Shown: positions 45,827 through 54,051 of the stretch, in pieces
How the letters are laid out: every line of letters begins with the position of its first letter
Numbering within the stretch: the first letter of the stretch is position 1
From: Spartobacteria bacterium
GTDB lineage: Bacteria > Verrucomicrobiota > Verrucomicrobiia > Chthoniobacterales > UBA6821
Assembly (NCBI GenBank): GCA_947471565.1
Contig: CANIVT010000009.1
Span: forward strand, 31,170-95,169
Direction: 5' to 3'
Length of the DNA: 64,000 nucleotides
Program-made: the position numbers and the translations under genes
The notes under the pieces: generated by a model
Told to the model about the DNA's origin: nothing
Seen by the model: only the letters and a program-made list of their open reading frames with translations
Database searches by the model: none

Positions 45827-45889
45827 TCCGCTGTTCAAGAAGTCAGCTTTCAGCTTTCAGGTTTCGTCATTTCAGCTTTTTCTTGGACG

Positions 45890-46561
45890 ATGTCCTCACC
45901 CCATCTCACCGCCCGCGGTCTCGTGCAGACTTACGAACTCGGCGCGGAGCGTCTGGAAATCCTCAAGGGGATCGATCTGGACATCGCCCGGGGCGAGGTG
46001 CTGTTCCTGCGCGGGGCTTCGGGAGCGGGCAAGTCGACGCTGCTCTACATCCTCGCTGCGTTGGAGCATCCCCGCGCCGGAAGCGTCGAGTTCGAGGGGG
46101 AACAACTGCTGAAACTGGGACGCGACCGTCTCGCCACCCTGCGCAATCGCCGGATGGGTTTCATTTTCCAATCCTATCACCTCCTGCCGGAACTGACCGC
46201 ATTGGAGAACGTCCTCCTCCCCACCATGCTTGGCGGTGCGCGCCGCGAGGAGCGTGCACGCTCCCTGCTCGACCGCGTGGGTCTGTCGGGGCGCTTGGAT
46301 CATCTCCCCTCGCAGCTGAGCGGCGGAGAGCAACAGCGGGTGGCGATCGCCCGCGCCCTGGCGAACGATCCCGGAATCCTCTTTGCTGACGAGCCGACGG
46401 GAAACCTCGATGCCACCACCGGGGCCGGGATCATCGAGCTGCTGCTAGGCCTGGCACGCGAAGATGGCCGCACCATGATCGCCGTGACCCATGACGCCGC
46501 GCTTGCGGCCCTTGGTGACCGCCAGCTCTTCCTGTGCGAAGGGCATCTCCAAAACTCCTGA
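45890..46561 (+). CDS. ABC transporter ATP-binding protein (LolD/MacB/FtsE-like)
   Basis: Walker A 'GASGAGKST', signature 'LSGGEQQRVAIARAL' and Walker B 'LFADEPTGNLD'. Confidence 0.88.
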   Translation: MSSPHLTARGLVQTYELGAERLEILKGIDLDIARGEVLFLRGASGAGKSTLLYILAALEHPRAGSVEFEGEQLLKLGRDRLATLRNRRMGFIFQSYHLLPELTALENVLLPTMLGGARREERARSLLDRVGLSGRLDHLPSQLSGGEQQRVAIARALANDPGILFADEPTGNLDATTGAGIIELLLGLAREDGRTMIAVTHDAALAALGDRQLFLCEGHLQNS

Positions 46562-46565
46562 CACG

Positions 46566-47015
46566 ATGAGCCATCCACCGTCTTCCGATCTTCGGAATTC
46601 CATCATCACCCCCGTTCAGGTGATGTTCTTTGACACCGATGCGGGTGGCGTGGTTCACAACATCGCCTACCTGCGCTTCATCGAGACGGCACGCACGCTG
46701 CTGGCTGTCCAGCTTGGAATGGACTGGACCCTCATGGCAGAGACCTCCGTCTACCCCGTCGTCGTCCGGACGGAGATCGACTACCGCCGACCTGCGATTC
46801 TGGGTGACGAACTCAAAATCCACGGCCGCCTCGGCGAGGCGACTCCGGCGCGATTCTGGTGTCACTTCGAGATCAAGCGACCCCGCGACGGAGCGCTCCT
46901 GATCACCTGCCAGCAGGCGCTCGCCTTCGTGAAGATGCCGGAGGGAAAACCTCTCCGCCTTCCCAAGGGGTGGCCCGAACCTTTTGCCCCCGAGGCACCT
47001 GAGGCCCCGCAGTAA
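46566..47015 (+). CDS. YbgC/4HBT-family acyl-CoA thioesterase
   Basis: 'VMFFDTDAGGVVHNIAYLRF' indicates a hot-dog fold. Trimmed to ATG 46566. Confidence 0.8.
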   Translation: MSHPPSSDLRNSIITPVQVMFFDTDAGGVVHNIAYLRFIETARTLLAVQLGMDWTLMAETSVYPVVVRTEIDYRRPAILGDELKIHGRLGEATPARFWCHFEIKRPRDGALLITCQQALAFVKMPEGKPLRLPKGWPEPFAPEAPEAPQ

Positions 47016-47027
47016 GGAACGGTCTCC

Positions 47028-48194
47028 GTGGTCATCTGCGACTTAACCCAGTTTTACAGCCCGGCCTCGGGCGGCGTCAGACGCTACATCGGGGAAAAGG
47101 CATCCCGACTGGAAGCCGAGGGTCATCGGCATGTCCTCATCATTCCGGGCGAAAAGACCGAACGCCGGGAAGAGGGGAACCGCGTCACCTACACGATTGC
47201 CTCACCGCTGGTCTCGCGAACCGCACGCTATCGGGCCCTGATCAGACTGCATCTTGTCGAGGAAGCGCTCGAGCGTGAGCAACCCGATCTCATCGAGTCG
47301 GGCGACCCGTATCAAGTTGCGTGGAAAGCCATCGCCTCGGGCCGTGCTCTTGGGATCCCTACGGTCGGATTCTACCACTCCCATTTCACGGACGCGGTGC
47401 TCCGCTCGGTGGCAAAATATTTCGGATCATTGTCGGTGCGAGTGGCCGAGGAAGTCGGCCGCATCTACACGGAAGATCTCTACAACCGCTTCGAGCGCAC
47501 GCTCGTCCCGAGCGCTGGGCTTTCCGAGCTCTTGCGAACATGGGGCCTCGAGAATGTCGAGACTCTGGAGCTCGGGGTGGACACGGGGATCTTCTTTCCC
47601 GATGAGGAGCGGGGGCGGGCAGCGCGGCAACGGCTCGGGCTTCCCCCCGACCGAATCGTCCTGCTTTATGTCGGCCGGCTCAACCCGGATAAGAATGTCC
47701 GCCGGCTTCTGGAAACCTTTTCCCTGATCCATGAGCGCTTCCCAGGCCGCTTTCATCTGGCCGTGATCGGCGACGGGATGCTCCGTGGCTCGCTCCAGCG
47801 TCTTTCCGAGGAGACGGCCTCCGTCAGCTGGCTGCCCTACTGCAACGGCGCGGTTGAACTCGCCGATATCTACCGGGCCGCCGACCTGTTCGTCCATCCG
47901 GGCGTGAAGGAAACCTTCGGCCTCGTCACCCTAGAAAGCCAGGCGTGCGGAACTCCGGTGGTTGGCATCCGGGGGAGTTTCATGGACGCGATCAATTTCA
48001 GCGGCCTCCACAACTGGTCTGCGGACGACTCCGGCGAGTCGCTGGCCCGGGCCATCGTGACGGCGACGACAGGCGATCTCAAGGCCTCCGGCCTGCGGGC
48101 CGCCTCTTCGGTTTCTACCAAATACGACTGGGAGGCCGTCTTCGCGCGGCTCTTTGCGGTTTACCGGGACGTGATCGCCTCGTACAACCCTTAG
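47028..48194 (+). CDS. GT4-family glycosyltransferase
   Basis: GT-B fold with 'LLYVGRLNPDKN' and 'FVHPGVKETFGLVTLESQACGTPVVG'. GTG start. Confidence 0.82.
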   Translation: MVICDLTQFYSPASGGVRRYIGEKASRLEAEGHRHVLIIPGEKTERREEGNRVTYTIASPLVSRTARYRALIRLHLVEEALEREQPDLIESGDPYQVAWKAIASGRALGIPTVGFYHSHFTDAVLRSVAKYFGSLSVRVAEEVGRIYTEDLYNRFERTLVPSAGLSELLRTWGLENVETLELGVDTGIFFPDEERGRAARQRLGLPPDRIVLLYVGRLNPDKNVRRLLETFSLIHERFPGRFHLAVIGDGMLRGSLQRLSEETASVSWLPYCNGAVELADIYRAADLFVHPGVKETFGLVTLESQACGTPVVGIRGSFMDAINFSGLHNWSADDSGESLARAIVTATTGDLKASGLRAASSVSTKYDWEAVFARLFAVYRDVIASYNP

Positions 48195-48195
48195 A

Positions 48196-48888
48196 GTGTC
48201 TTTTTCAGTCCAGCCAGCACCAGCCCAGGCGATCGCCCCTCCCTCTGTGTCACGCCTCCTGATCCGCCGCTACGAGCCGCGCGATCGCAAGGCCGTGCGA
48301 TGGCTCTGCTGCGAGACAGGCTTCCTCGGCAAGCCGATCGATTCCGTCTTTGAAGACCGGGAAATCTTTGCCGACTACCTGACCCGCTACTACACCGATA
48401 TTGAACCCGAATCCTCCTTCGTGCTTGAGCAGGACGGCGAGGTGAAGGGATACCTGCTTGGCTCCTACCGCCCGCTCCGCCAGCAGCTCTTCAATCTTTT
48501 CAATAACCTCTCCCTTTTCACCCGGGGAATGGCGAAGTACGCCTTCTACAACAAGGCCACGCGCGACTTCATCGGATGGATCCTCCGCACCTCGTGGAAG
48601 GAGGTACCCCAGGCTCCGCGCCGCTGCGCCCACTTCCATTTTAACATCCTTCCCGAGGCCCAGGGGCTGGCCAACAGCAAAGGGCTGATGGACCTCTATC
48701 TGGAACATCTCCGCACCAAGGGAATCCGTCAGGTCTACGGCCAGGTCGTCACCTTTGAGTCGCGCCGCGGGGCCAAAGTTTTCGAACGCTACGGATTTCA
48801 GGTGCTCAACCGCAGTGAAATCACCAAATATCGCAAGTCCCATCCCGAGCCGGTCTATCTGACCACGGTGCTCAAGGAACTCAGCTAG
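48196..48888 (+). CDS. GNAT-like acetyltransferase (weak)
   Basis: 'IRRYEPRDRKAVRWL' and 'RQVYGQVVTFESRRGAKVFERYGFQV' resemble GNAT motifs A/B. The GTG start lies 1 nt after the GT4 stop. Confidence 0.5.
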   Translation: MSFSVQPAPAQAIAPPSVSRLLIRRYEPRDRKAVRWLCCETGFLGKPIDSVFEDREIFADYLTRYYTDIEPESSFVLEQDGEVKGYLLGSYRPLRQQLFNLFNNLSLFTRGMAKYAFYNKATRDFIGWILRTSWKEVPQAPRRCAHFHFNILPEAQGLANSKGLMDLYLEHLRTKGIRQVYGQVVTFESRRGAKVFERYGFQVLNRSEITKYRKSHPEPVYLTTVLKELS

Positions 48889-49030
48889 ATGGACGCGCCG
48901 CAAGGCGTTTCCTCCCCACCGGACTCCAGAAAGCCTTTGACTCTGTCAGAGGGATCCGTATCCTTTCACGTCCGCCTAGGAACGCCATCACGTCGCGCCC
49001 TCTCGGGCGGGTTCAACTTTTCCCTATCCT

Positions 49031-50026
49031 ATGGCCGACACTCTTTCCTACGTCCTGATTACCCCCTCCGCCCTGCGTAAAGGTCGCACCGGAGGGATCC
49101 TCGGGCGCCTGATTTCCCGCAGCGGACTGGGACTTGAGACCGGTCGCGTTTTCGCCCTCTCTCAGACGACCCTTTCGGCTCTCGCAGACACCCTCTGCGG
49201 GCAGTCCAAAACGGCTGTTTATCTGAAGGGACTCCCTGCCGGAGCCCATTCCCTGGCCGTTGTTCTGAAGGGTGAGGAGGCCGCTTCCAAGGTCGCCTCG
49301 ATCGTCGGCAACGACACCTCCATGGGCGGACGCGGCGAGACCATCCGCGACACCTACGGCGACCTCGTCGAGGAGGGTGGCAAGACCGTTTACTTCGAGC
49401 CCGGCGTGATCGCTCCCGCCAATGCCGCCGAGGCCGCCGCAGGCCTCAAGGTGCTCGCCGCCGCCTCCGATGCAGAGGGGGGTATTCTGGATGCAGCTTC
49501 CTCCTTCGATGGCCCCACCGAGAAGACCTTGGTTCTGATCAAGCCCGACAATTTCGCCTTCCCCAGCACTCGCCCCGGAGGCGTCATCGATCTCTTCGCC
49601 CGCACCGGCCTCGCGCTGGTCGGCTTCAAGCCATTCCATCTGTCGGTCGCGCAGGGCGAGGAATTCTACGGCCCTGTCCTTGATTTCCTTGTCGCCAAGC
49701 TTCCCGATGGGCGCGCCCAGTGGGAGTCGATCGTCGCCTTCATGGCCGGCAAGCGTCCCTCCGAGTGCACCCCCGAGGAAAAAGCCGCTCCCGGTAGCCA
49801 GACCTGCGTGGCACTCATTTACCAGGGCCCCGATGCCGTGGCAAAGATCCGCGCCGCCCTCGGACCCACCAATCCCTCGCAGGCCCCTCACGGCACAATC
49901 CGCAAGGAGTTCGGCACCACGATCATGATCAACGGTGCCCACGCCTCCGACTCCGTCGAGAACGTCGCCCGTGAAACCGGCATCATCCGACTCAACGAGA
50001 ACGACTTCAAAACGAAGGTCGCCTGA
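49031..50026 (+). CDS. tandem NDK-like protein (degenerate N-domain + nucleoside-diphosphate kinase C-domain)
   Basis: The C-terminal half has 'TLVLIKPD', 'GPTNP..AP.GTIRKEFG' and 'NGAHASDS' (catalytic His context). The N-terminal half has an NDK-like beginning, 'SYVLITPSAL..G..G.ILGRL', but no His motif. Confidence 0.72.
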   Translation: MADTLSYVLITPSALRKGRTGGILGRLISRSGLGLETGRVFALSQTTLSALADTLCGQSKTAVYLKGLPAGAHSLAVVLKGEEAASKVASIVGNDTSMGGRGETIRDTYGDLVEEGGKTVYFEPGVIAPANAAEAAAGLKVLAAASDAEGGILDAASSFDGPTEKTLVLIKPDNFAFPSTRPGGVIDLFARTGLALVGFKPFHLSVAQGEEFYGPVLDFLVAKLPDGRAQWESIVAFMAGKRPSECTPEEKAAPGSQTCVALIYQGPDAVAKIRAALGPTNPSQAPHGTIRKEFGTTIMINGAHASDSVENVARETGIIRLNENDFKTKVA

Positions 50027-50066
50027 TTTTCCGCCAGACACCCACCAACCCAACCCAACCGTTCCC

Positions 50067-51230
50067 ATGGACCTCGCATCCCGCGTCAGCGAACTGACCC
50101 CCTCCCTCACCCTCTCCATCGACAGCAAGGCCAAGGCGCTCCGCGCCGAGGGCGTCGATGTCTTCAGCTTCGGAGCCGGAGAGCCCGACTTCGACACACC
50201 CGAGCACATCAAGGCCGCGGCAATCGAAGCCCTCAACGCCGGATTCACCAAGTACACCCCCAGCTCCGGCACCCCCGAGCTGCGCGCGGCGATCAGCGAG
50301 AAGTTCAAGCGCGACAACGGCCTCGAGTACAAGCCCTCCGAGATCATTGTCAGCAACGGCGCCAAGCAGAGCTGCTTCAACGCCATCATGGCCGTCTGCG
50401 GCGAGGGTGACGAGGTGATCATCCCCGCCCCCTACTGGCTGAGCTACCCCGAGATGGTCCGCCTCGCCGGAGCCGAGCCCGTCATCGTCCAGACCACCGC
50501 CGAGAACGACTGGAAGATGACCCCCCAGCAGTTCGAGGAGGCCATGAGCCCCCGCACCAAGATGGTCATTATCAATTCCCCCGGCAATCCGACCGGCGCT
50601 GTCTACTCCAAGGAGGAACTTCGTGCCCTCGTGGAAGTGGCCGCCGACGAGGAGATCACCATCCTCTCCGATGAGATCTACGAGTGCCTCACCTACGACG
50701 GTGCCGAGCACGTCTCCGTTGCCTCCCTCACCCCCGAGGCCCGCGACCTTACCATCACAGTGAACGGTTTCAGCAAAGCCTACGCCATGACCGGATGGCG
50801 CCTCGGCTACCTTGGTGCCCCCGAGAAGATCGCCAAGGCCATCGACTCCATGCAGAGCCACGCCACCTCGGGTCCCTGCTCCTTCGCCCAGAAGGGTGGA
50901 CTCGCCGCACTCACCGGCAGCCAGCAGTGCGTCGCCGACATGCGCGAGGAGTTCAACATCCGCCGCGAGTACATGTTTGAGCGCCTCTCCGCGATCCACA
51001 ATGTCTCCGCTGTGAAGCCCAAGGGCGCCTTCTACATGCTGGCCGACATCTCCAAGCTCGGCATGACCTCCACGAACTTCGCAGACCGACTGCTCAGCAA
51101 GGCCAACGTCGCCGTCGTTCCCGGCGTCGCCTTCGGCGACGACCGCGTCGTGCGTCTCAGCTACGCCACCGGCCTTGATGTCATCAAGCCGGGCCTCGAC
51201 CGCTTCGAGGACTTCTGCAAGACCCTCTAA
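50067..51230 (+). CDS. class I pyridoxal-phosphate aminotransferase (aspartate aminotransferase-like)
   Basis: Motifs 'FGAGEPDFDTP', 'INSPGNPTG' and 'NGFSKAYAMTGWRLGY'. Trimmed to ATG 50067. Confidence 0.9.
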   Translation: MDLASRVSELTPSLTLSIDSKAKALRAEGVDVFSFGAGEPDFDTPEHIKAAAIEALNAGFTKYTPSSGTPELRAAISEKFKRDNGLEYKPSEIIVSNGAKQSCFNAIMAVCGEGDEVIIPAPYWLSYPEMVRLAGAEPVIVQTTAENDWKMTPQQFEEAMSPRTKMVIINSPGNPTGAVYSKEELRALVEVAADEEITILSDEIYECLTYDGAEHVSVASLTPEARDLTITVNGFSKAYAMTGWRLGYLGAPEKIAKAIDSMQSHATSGPCSFAQKGGLAALTGSQQCVADMREEFNIRREYMFERLSAIHNVSAVKPKGAFYMLADISKLGMTSTNFADRLLSKANVAVVPGVAFGDDRVVRLSYATGLDVIKPGLDRFEDFCKTL

Positions 51231-51243
51231 GAGGTTCCGCGCC

Positions 51244-52161
51244 ATGACTTCTCGGAAGGCCGTCCGCCCGCAAGCGGACGGCCTTTCCATTTATCTGGAG
51301 GAGCGCCGCAAGCTCGTTGAGCGGGCACTGGCCCGATGCCTGCCTGCCGCGACCGTCCGACCTGCGACGATTCACCGGGCAATGCGCTACAGCCTGCTGG
51401 CCGGAGGCAAGCGTCTCCGTCCCATCCTCACGCTCGCTGCGGCGGAAGCGTGCGGAGCAAAGGATCTGGCGAACGTGCTGCCCGCCGCCTGCGCGGTGGA
51501 GTTGATCCACACCTATTCCCTTATCCACGACGATCTCCCCTGCATGGATGACGACGATCTGCGGCGGGGAAGGCCCACCTCGCACAAGGTCTTCGGCGAA
51601 GGAATCGCGGTCCTAGCGGGTGACGCCTTGCTCACGCGGGCCTTCGGACTGCTAGCCGCAGTGAAGACCGCCAAACGCTATCCTCTCTCCCAACTTCTGG
51701 CCGAAGCCGAGATGGCAGCCGGCAGCCTTCAATTGATTGCCGGACAAGTTGCCGATCTCGAAGCCGAGGGGAAGAAGATTTCGATTCGCGACGTCGGCTT
51801 CATCCATGAGCGCAAGACCGCGGCGATGATCGTCCTCTCACTCCGACTCGGCGCCATGATCGCCAACGCCACTCCGACTCAGCTCAAGGCACTCACGGAT
51901 TTCGGAAAGTCACTCGGTCTGGCCTTCCAGATCCTCGACGATATCCTGGACGTCACGGCGACGAGCGCACAGCTCGGCAAAAGCGCCGGCAAGGATCTCA
52001 AAGACTCCAAGGCCACCTATCCCGCCGTGATCGGCCTCGAGGCTGCGCGCAAGGAGGCGGAGATTCAGACACGGAAAGCACTCCGGGCGCTAGCTCCACT
52101 CGGCTCCCGGGGAAATCGCCTCCAAGCGATTGCGGAGTCGCTTCTCAAACGACAGGACTGA
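51244..52161 (+). CDS. polyprenyl (farnesyl/geranylgeranyl) diphosphate synthase
   Basis: FARM motif 'IHDDLPCMDDDDLRRG' and SARM motif 'FQILDDILD'. Confidence 0.9.
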   Translation: MTSRKAVRPQADGLSIYLEERRKLVERALARCLPAATVRPATIHRAMRYSLLAGGKRLRPILTLAAAEACGAKDLANVLPAACAVELIHTYSLIHDDLPCMDDDDLRRGRPTSHKVFGEGIAVLAGDALLTRAFGLLAAVKTAKRYPLSQLLAEAEMAAGSLQLIAGQVADLEAEGKKISIRDVGFIHERKTAAMIVLSLRLGAMIANATPTQLKALTDFGKSLGLAFQILDDILDVTATSAQLGKSAGKDLKDSKATYPAVIGLEAARKEAEIQTRKALRALAPLGSRGNRLQAIAESLLKRQD

Positions 52162-52175
52162 TGGTGCAGGGTTTC

Positions 52176-52199
52176 GCGCAGAGGCGCGGAGACGCAGAG
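52176..52199 (+). repeat. triple-octamer element copy 2 (gcgcagag gcgcggag acgcagag)
   Basis: Starts 14 nt after the polyprenyl synthase stop, in sense orientation. Confidence 0.75.
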
Positions 52200-52209
52200 A
52201 TATGGGAAA

Positions 52210-53871
52210 TTACTTCTGCTGAAGCAGGCGGGTCTTCACCTCCTGAGGCAGGGAGGAGGAGTTGACCCATTGCGTGGCGACGGCGGGATCGTTCCGCATC
52301 CAGGTCCTGACGACATTTTGCTGGGCCATTGAACGCTGGTTAGCATCAGCTATTCTCAGAGCCAGACCGATGGCGCTCTGCGGTTCGTTCCGGGCGATAT
52401 TCATGCTCAGGTTCATGGCCGCCTGATCCTTGGATTTTCCCTCCGGTAGCGACTGGACAAAGGCAACAGCACCTTGTGGATCGTTATGCATCAGCGAAAA
52501 GGCGATTTCGGTCGTGGCTTTCATTCGTCCTGAAGATCCCTCCTGGAGCGAGTTGAGCATGCTCATCGCCGTCTGCTGATCGTTGGCGTAGAGACTTCTG
52601 ATCACGCTTCCCGCAACCTGATCCTTAAGCTTCTGGTCCGTCAGGGAATTGTACCATGTGAGGGCTCCATGTTGATCATTTCTTGCCCATTGAGCCGCAA
52701 TGTTGCTGATCTGGTTGTTCCTGCTGTCGCTTGATGGGAGATTCAACGCATAGCCCATGGCGCTTTGAGGATCGCTTTGAGCCATTTGGAAAAGGACGGA
52801 TTGAATGCTGTTGTCCCTCGCATTACCGGCAGGGAGAGACTGAGCCAGCCCTAACGCACCCTTCGGATCATTCTGGGACATGGATCGTATGATGCCTTGG
52901 AGAATCTGGGACTTCACTTGGGAATCGCTCTGTTGATTCGCCCAGTCGAGAGCGGCTTTCGGATCGGATTGTGCCCAGAAGGAGCCTATTTGGGTAAGGG
53001 CTTGGTTGAGTTGATCACCGGGAGGAATTTGGTCGAGCAAACTGATCGCCTTGGCAGGATCCTTCTGGGCCAAGGTCATCACCAGCGACTGGATCTCCTG
53101 ATTCTTTATCGCTCCTGCGGGAAGCTGGTTGACGTATCCGATGGCCGCATCGGCGTCCCTGGAGGCCCAGGAGTTGATCGCCATGCTGAGAGCACCTTGG
53201 CCCTGTCTACCGGGAAGAGAGGAAGCCAGAACCACGGCGGCAGCCGGGTCCTTTTGGGCTAATCCGAAAGCTAGGAATTGCAGGGCCTGATTCCGAAGCG
53301 CCCCGGCAGGAAGAGATTCCACCCAGGCTTTTGCAGCGGGGAGATCCTTTGCTCCCCAGGAACTCACCACGGAACTGATGGCCTGCCGTTTTTCCGCCGC
53401 ATTTCCAAGCCCCTGTGCGTAGGCGAGGGCCGCCTTGGGATCGCTCTCGGCCCATCGGGAGAGTATCATCATCCGCAGTGAAATCCGTTCCTGAAAATCC
53501 TTCATTCCCTCCACTCCGGCCAGGGCTTCACGAATCCGGGCGGGATCGAGTGACTGGACGGCCTCGTTCCAAGCCGCAAAACGCTTCATCTGATTCCCCT
53601 CCTCCTTGGATTTCCTGATCCGCTCCATGAAACTCAGGCCGGAAGAGGAAGCTCCTGCGCCTCCCCCCTCTGCTGGATTCAGGGCGATCGTTTTCTCTCC
53701 CTGCTCCCGGACTTCCGTGCCGGAGGCCGAATTCTTGGATATGCCGACAGCCTGCGTGGATGCGGATGATGCCGGGGAGGCCTTGGCGACCCGCGTGCTT
53801 TTGACGAGATAACCGGTGGAGGCTCCCGCTCCGAAGAGCAGGATCGCGATCAGGATCTGGATGGGGTTCAT
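52210..53871 (-). CDS. membrane-anchored protein with ~13-14 tandem 32-residue repeats
   Basis: N-terminal TM segment 'IQILIAILLFGAGASTGYLV'. Repeat consensus is x-DP-xx-A-xx-W/Y-xx-x-LP-x-G-(12-14 x)-W-A. Confidence 0.6.
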   Translation of the reverse strand: MNPIQILIAILLFGAGASTGYLVKSTRVAKASPASSASTQAVGISKNSASGTEVREQGEKTIALNPAEGGGAGASSSGLSFMERIRKSKEEGNQMKRFAAWNEAVQSLDPARIREALAGVEGMKDFQERISLRMMILSRWAESDPKAALAYAQGLGNAAEKRQAISSVVSSWGAKDLPAAKAWVESLPAGALRNQALQFLAFGLAQKDPAAAVVLASSLPGRQGQGALSMAINSWASRDADAAIGYVNQLPAGAIKNQEIQSLVMTLAQKDPAKAISLLDQIPPGDQLNQALTQIGSFWAQSDPKAALDWANQQSDSQVKSQILQGIIRSMSQNDPKGALGLAQSLPAGNARDNSIQSVLFQMAQSDPQSAMGYALNLPSSDSRNNQISNIAAQWARNDQHGALTWYNSLTDQKLKDQVAGSVIRSLYANDQQTAMSMLNSLQEGSSGRMKATTEIAFSLMHNDPQGAVAFVQSLPEGKSKDQAAMNLSMNIARNEPQSAIGLALRIADANQRSMAQQNVVRTWMRNDPAVATQWVNSSSLPQEVKTRLLQQK

Positions 53872-54051
53872 ACCAGGAGGGGTATCCCAAACCTAGTCCT
53901 CTTCGTACAAAAAACCAGCTCAGCCTCCGCGTTGCCTGTGACCTATCAGCAGCACACGTTGATTCGGTCCTAACAGACCAACAGTCTTCCGCCTAACCTC
54001 CTGTTTCTCCTGCCCCTGACTGAAGGCTGGCCCGATTCCCTCCTATCAGGG

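Noticed and set aside
49013-51290. Two long minus-strand ORFs (469 aa and 427 aa) antisense to the NDK-like and aminotransferase genes
   Set aside because: They are Gly/Ala/Asp-rich antisense artefacts. The sense strands carry strong NDK and aminotransferase signatures.
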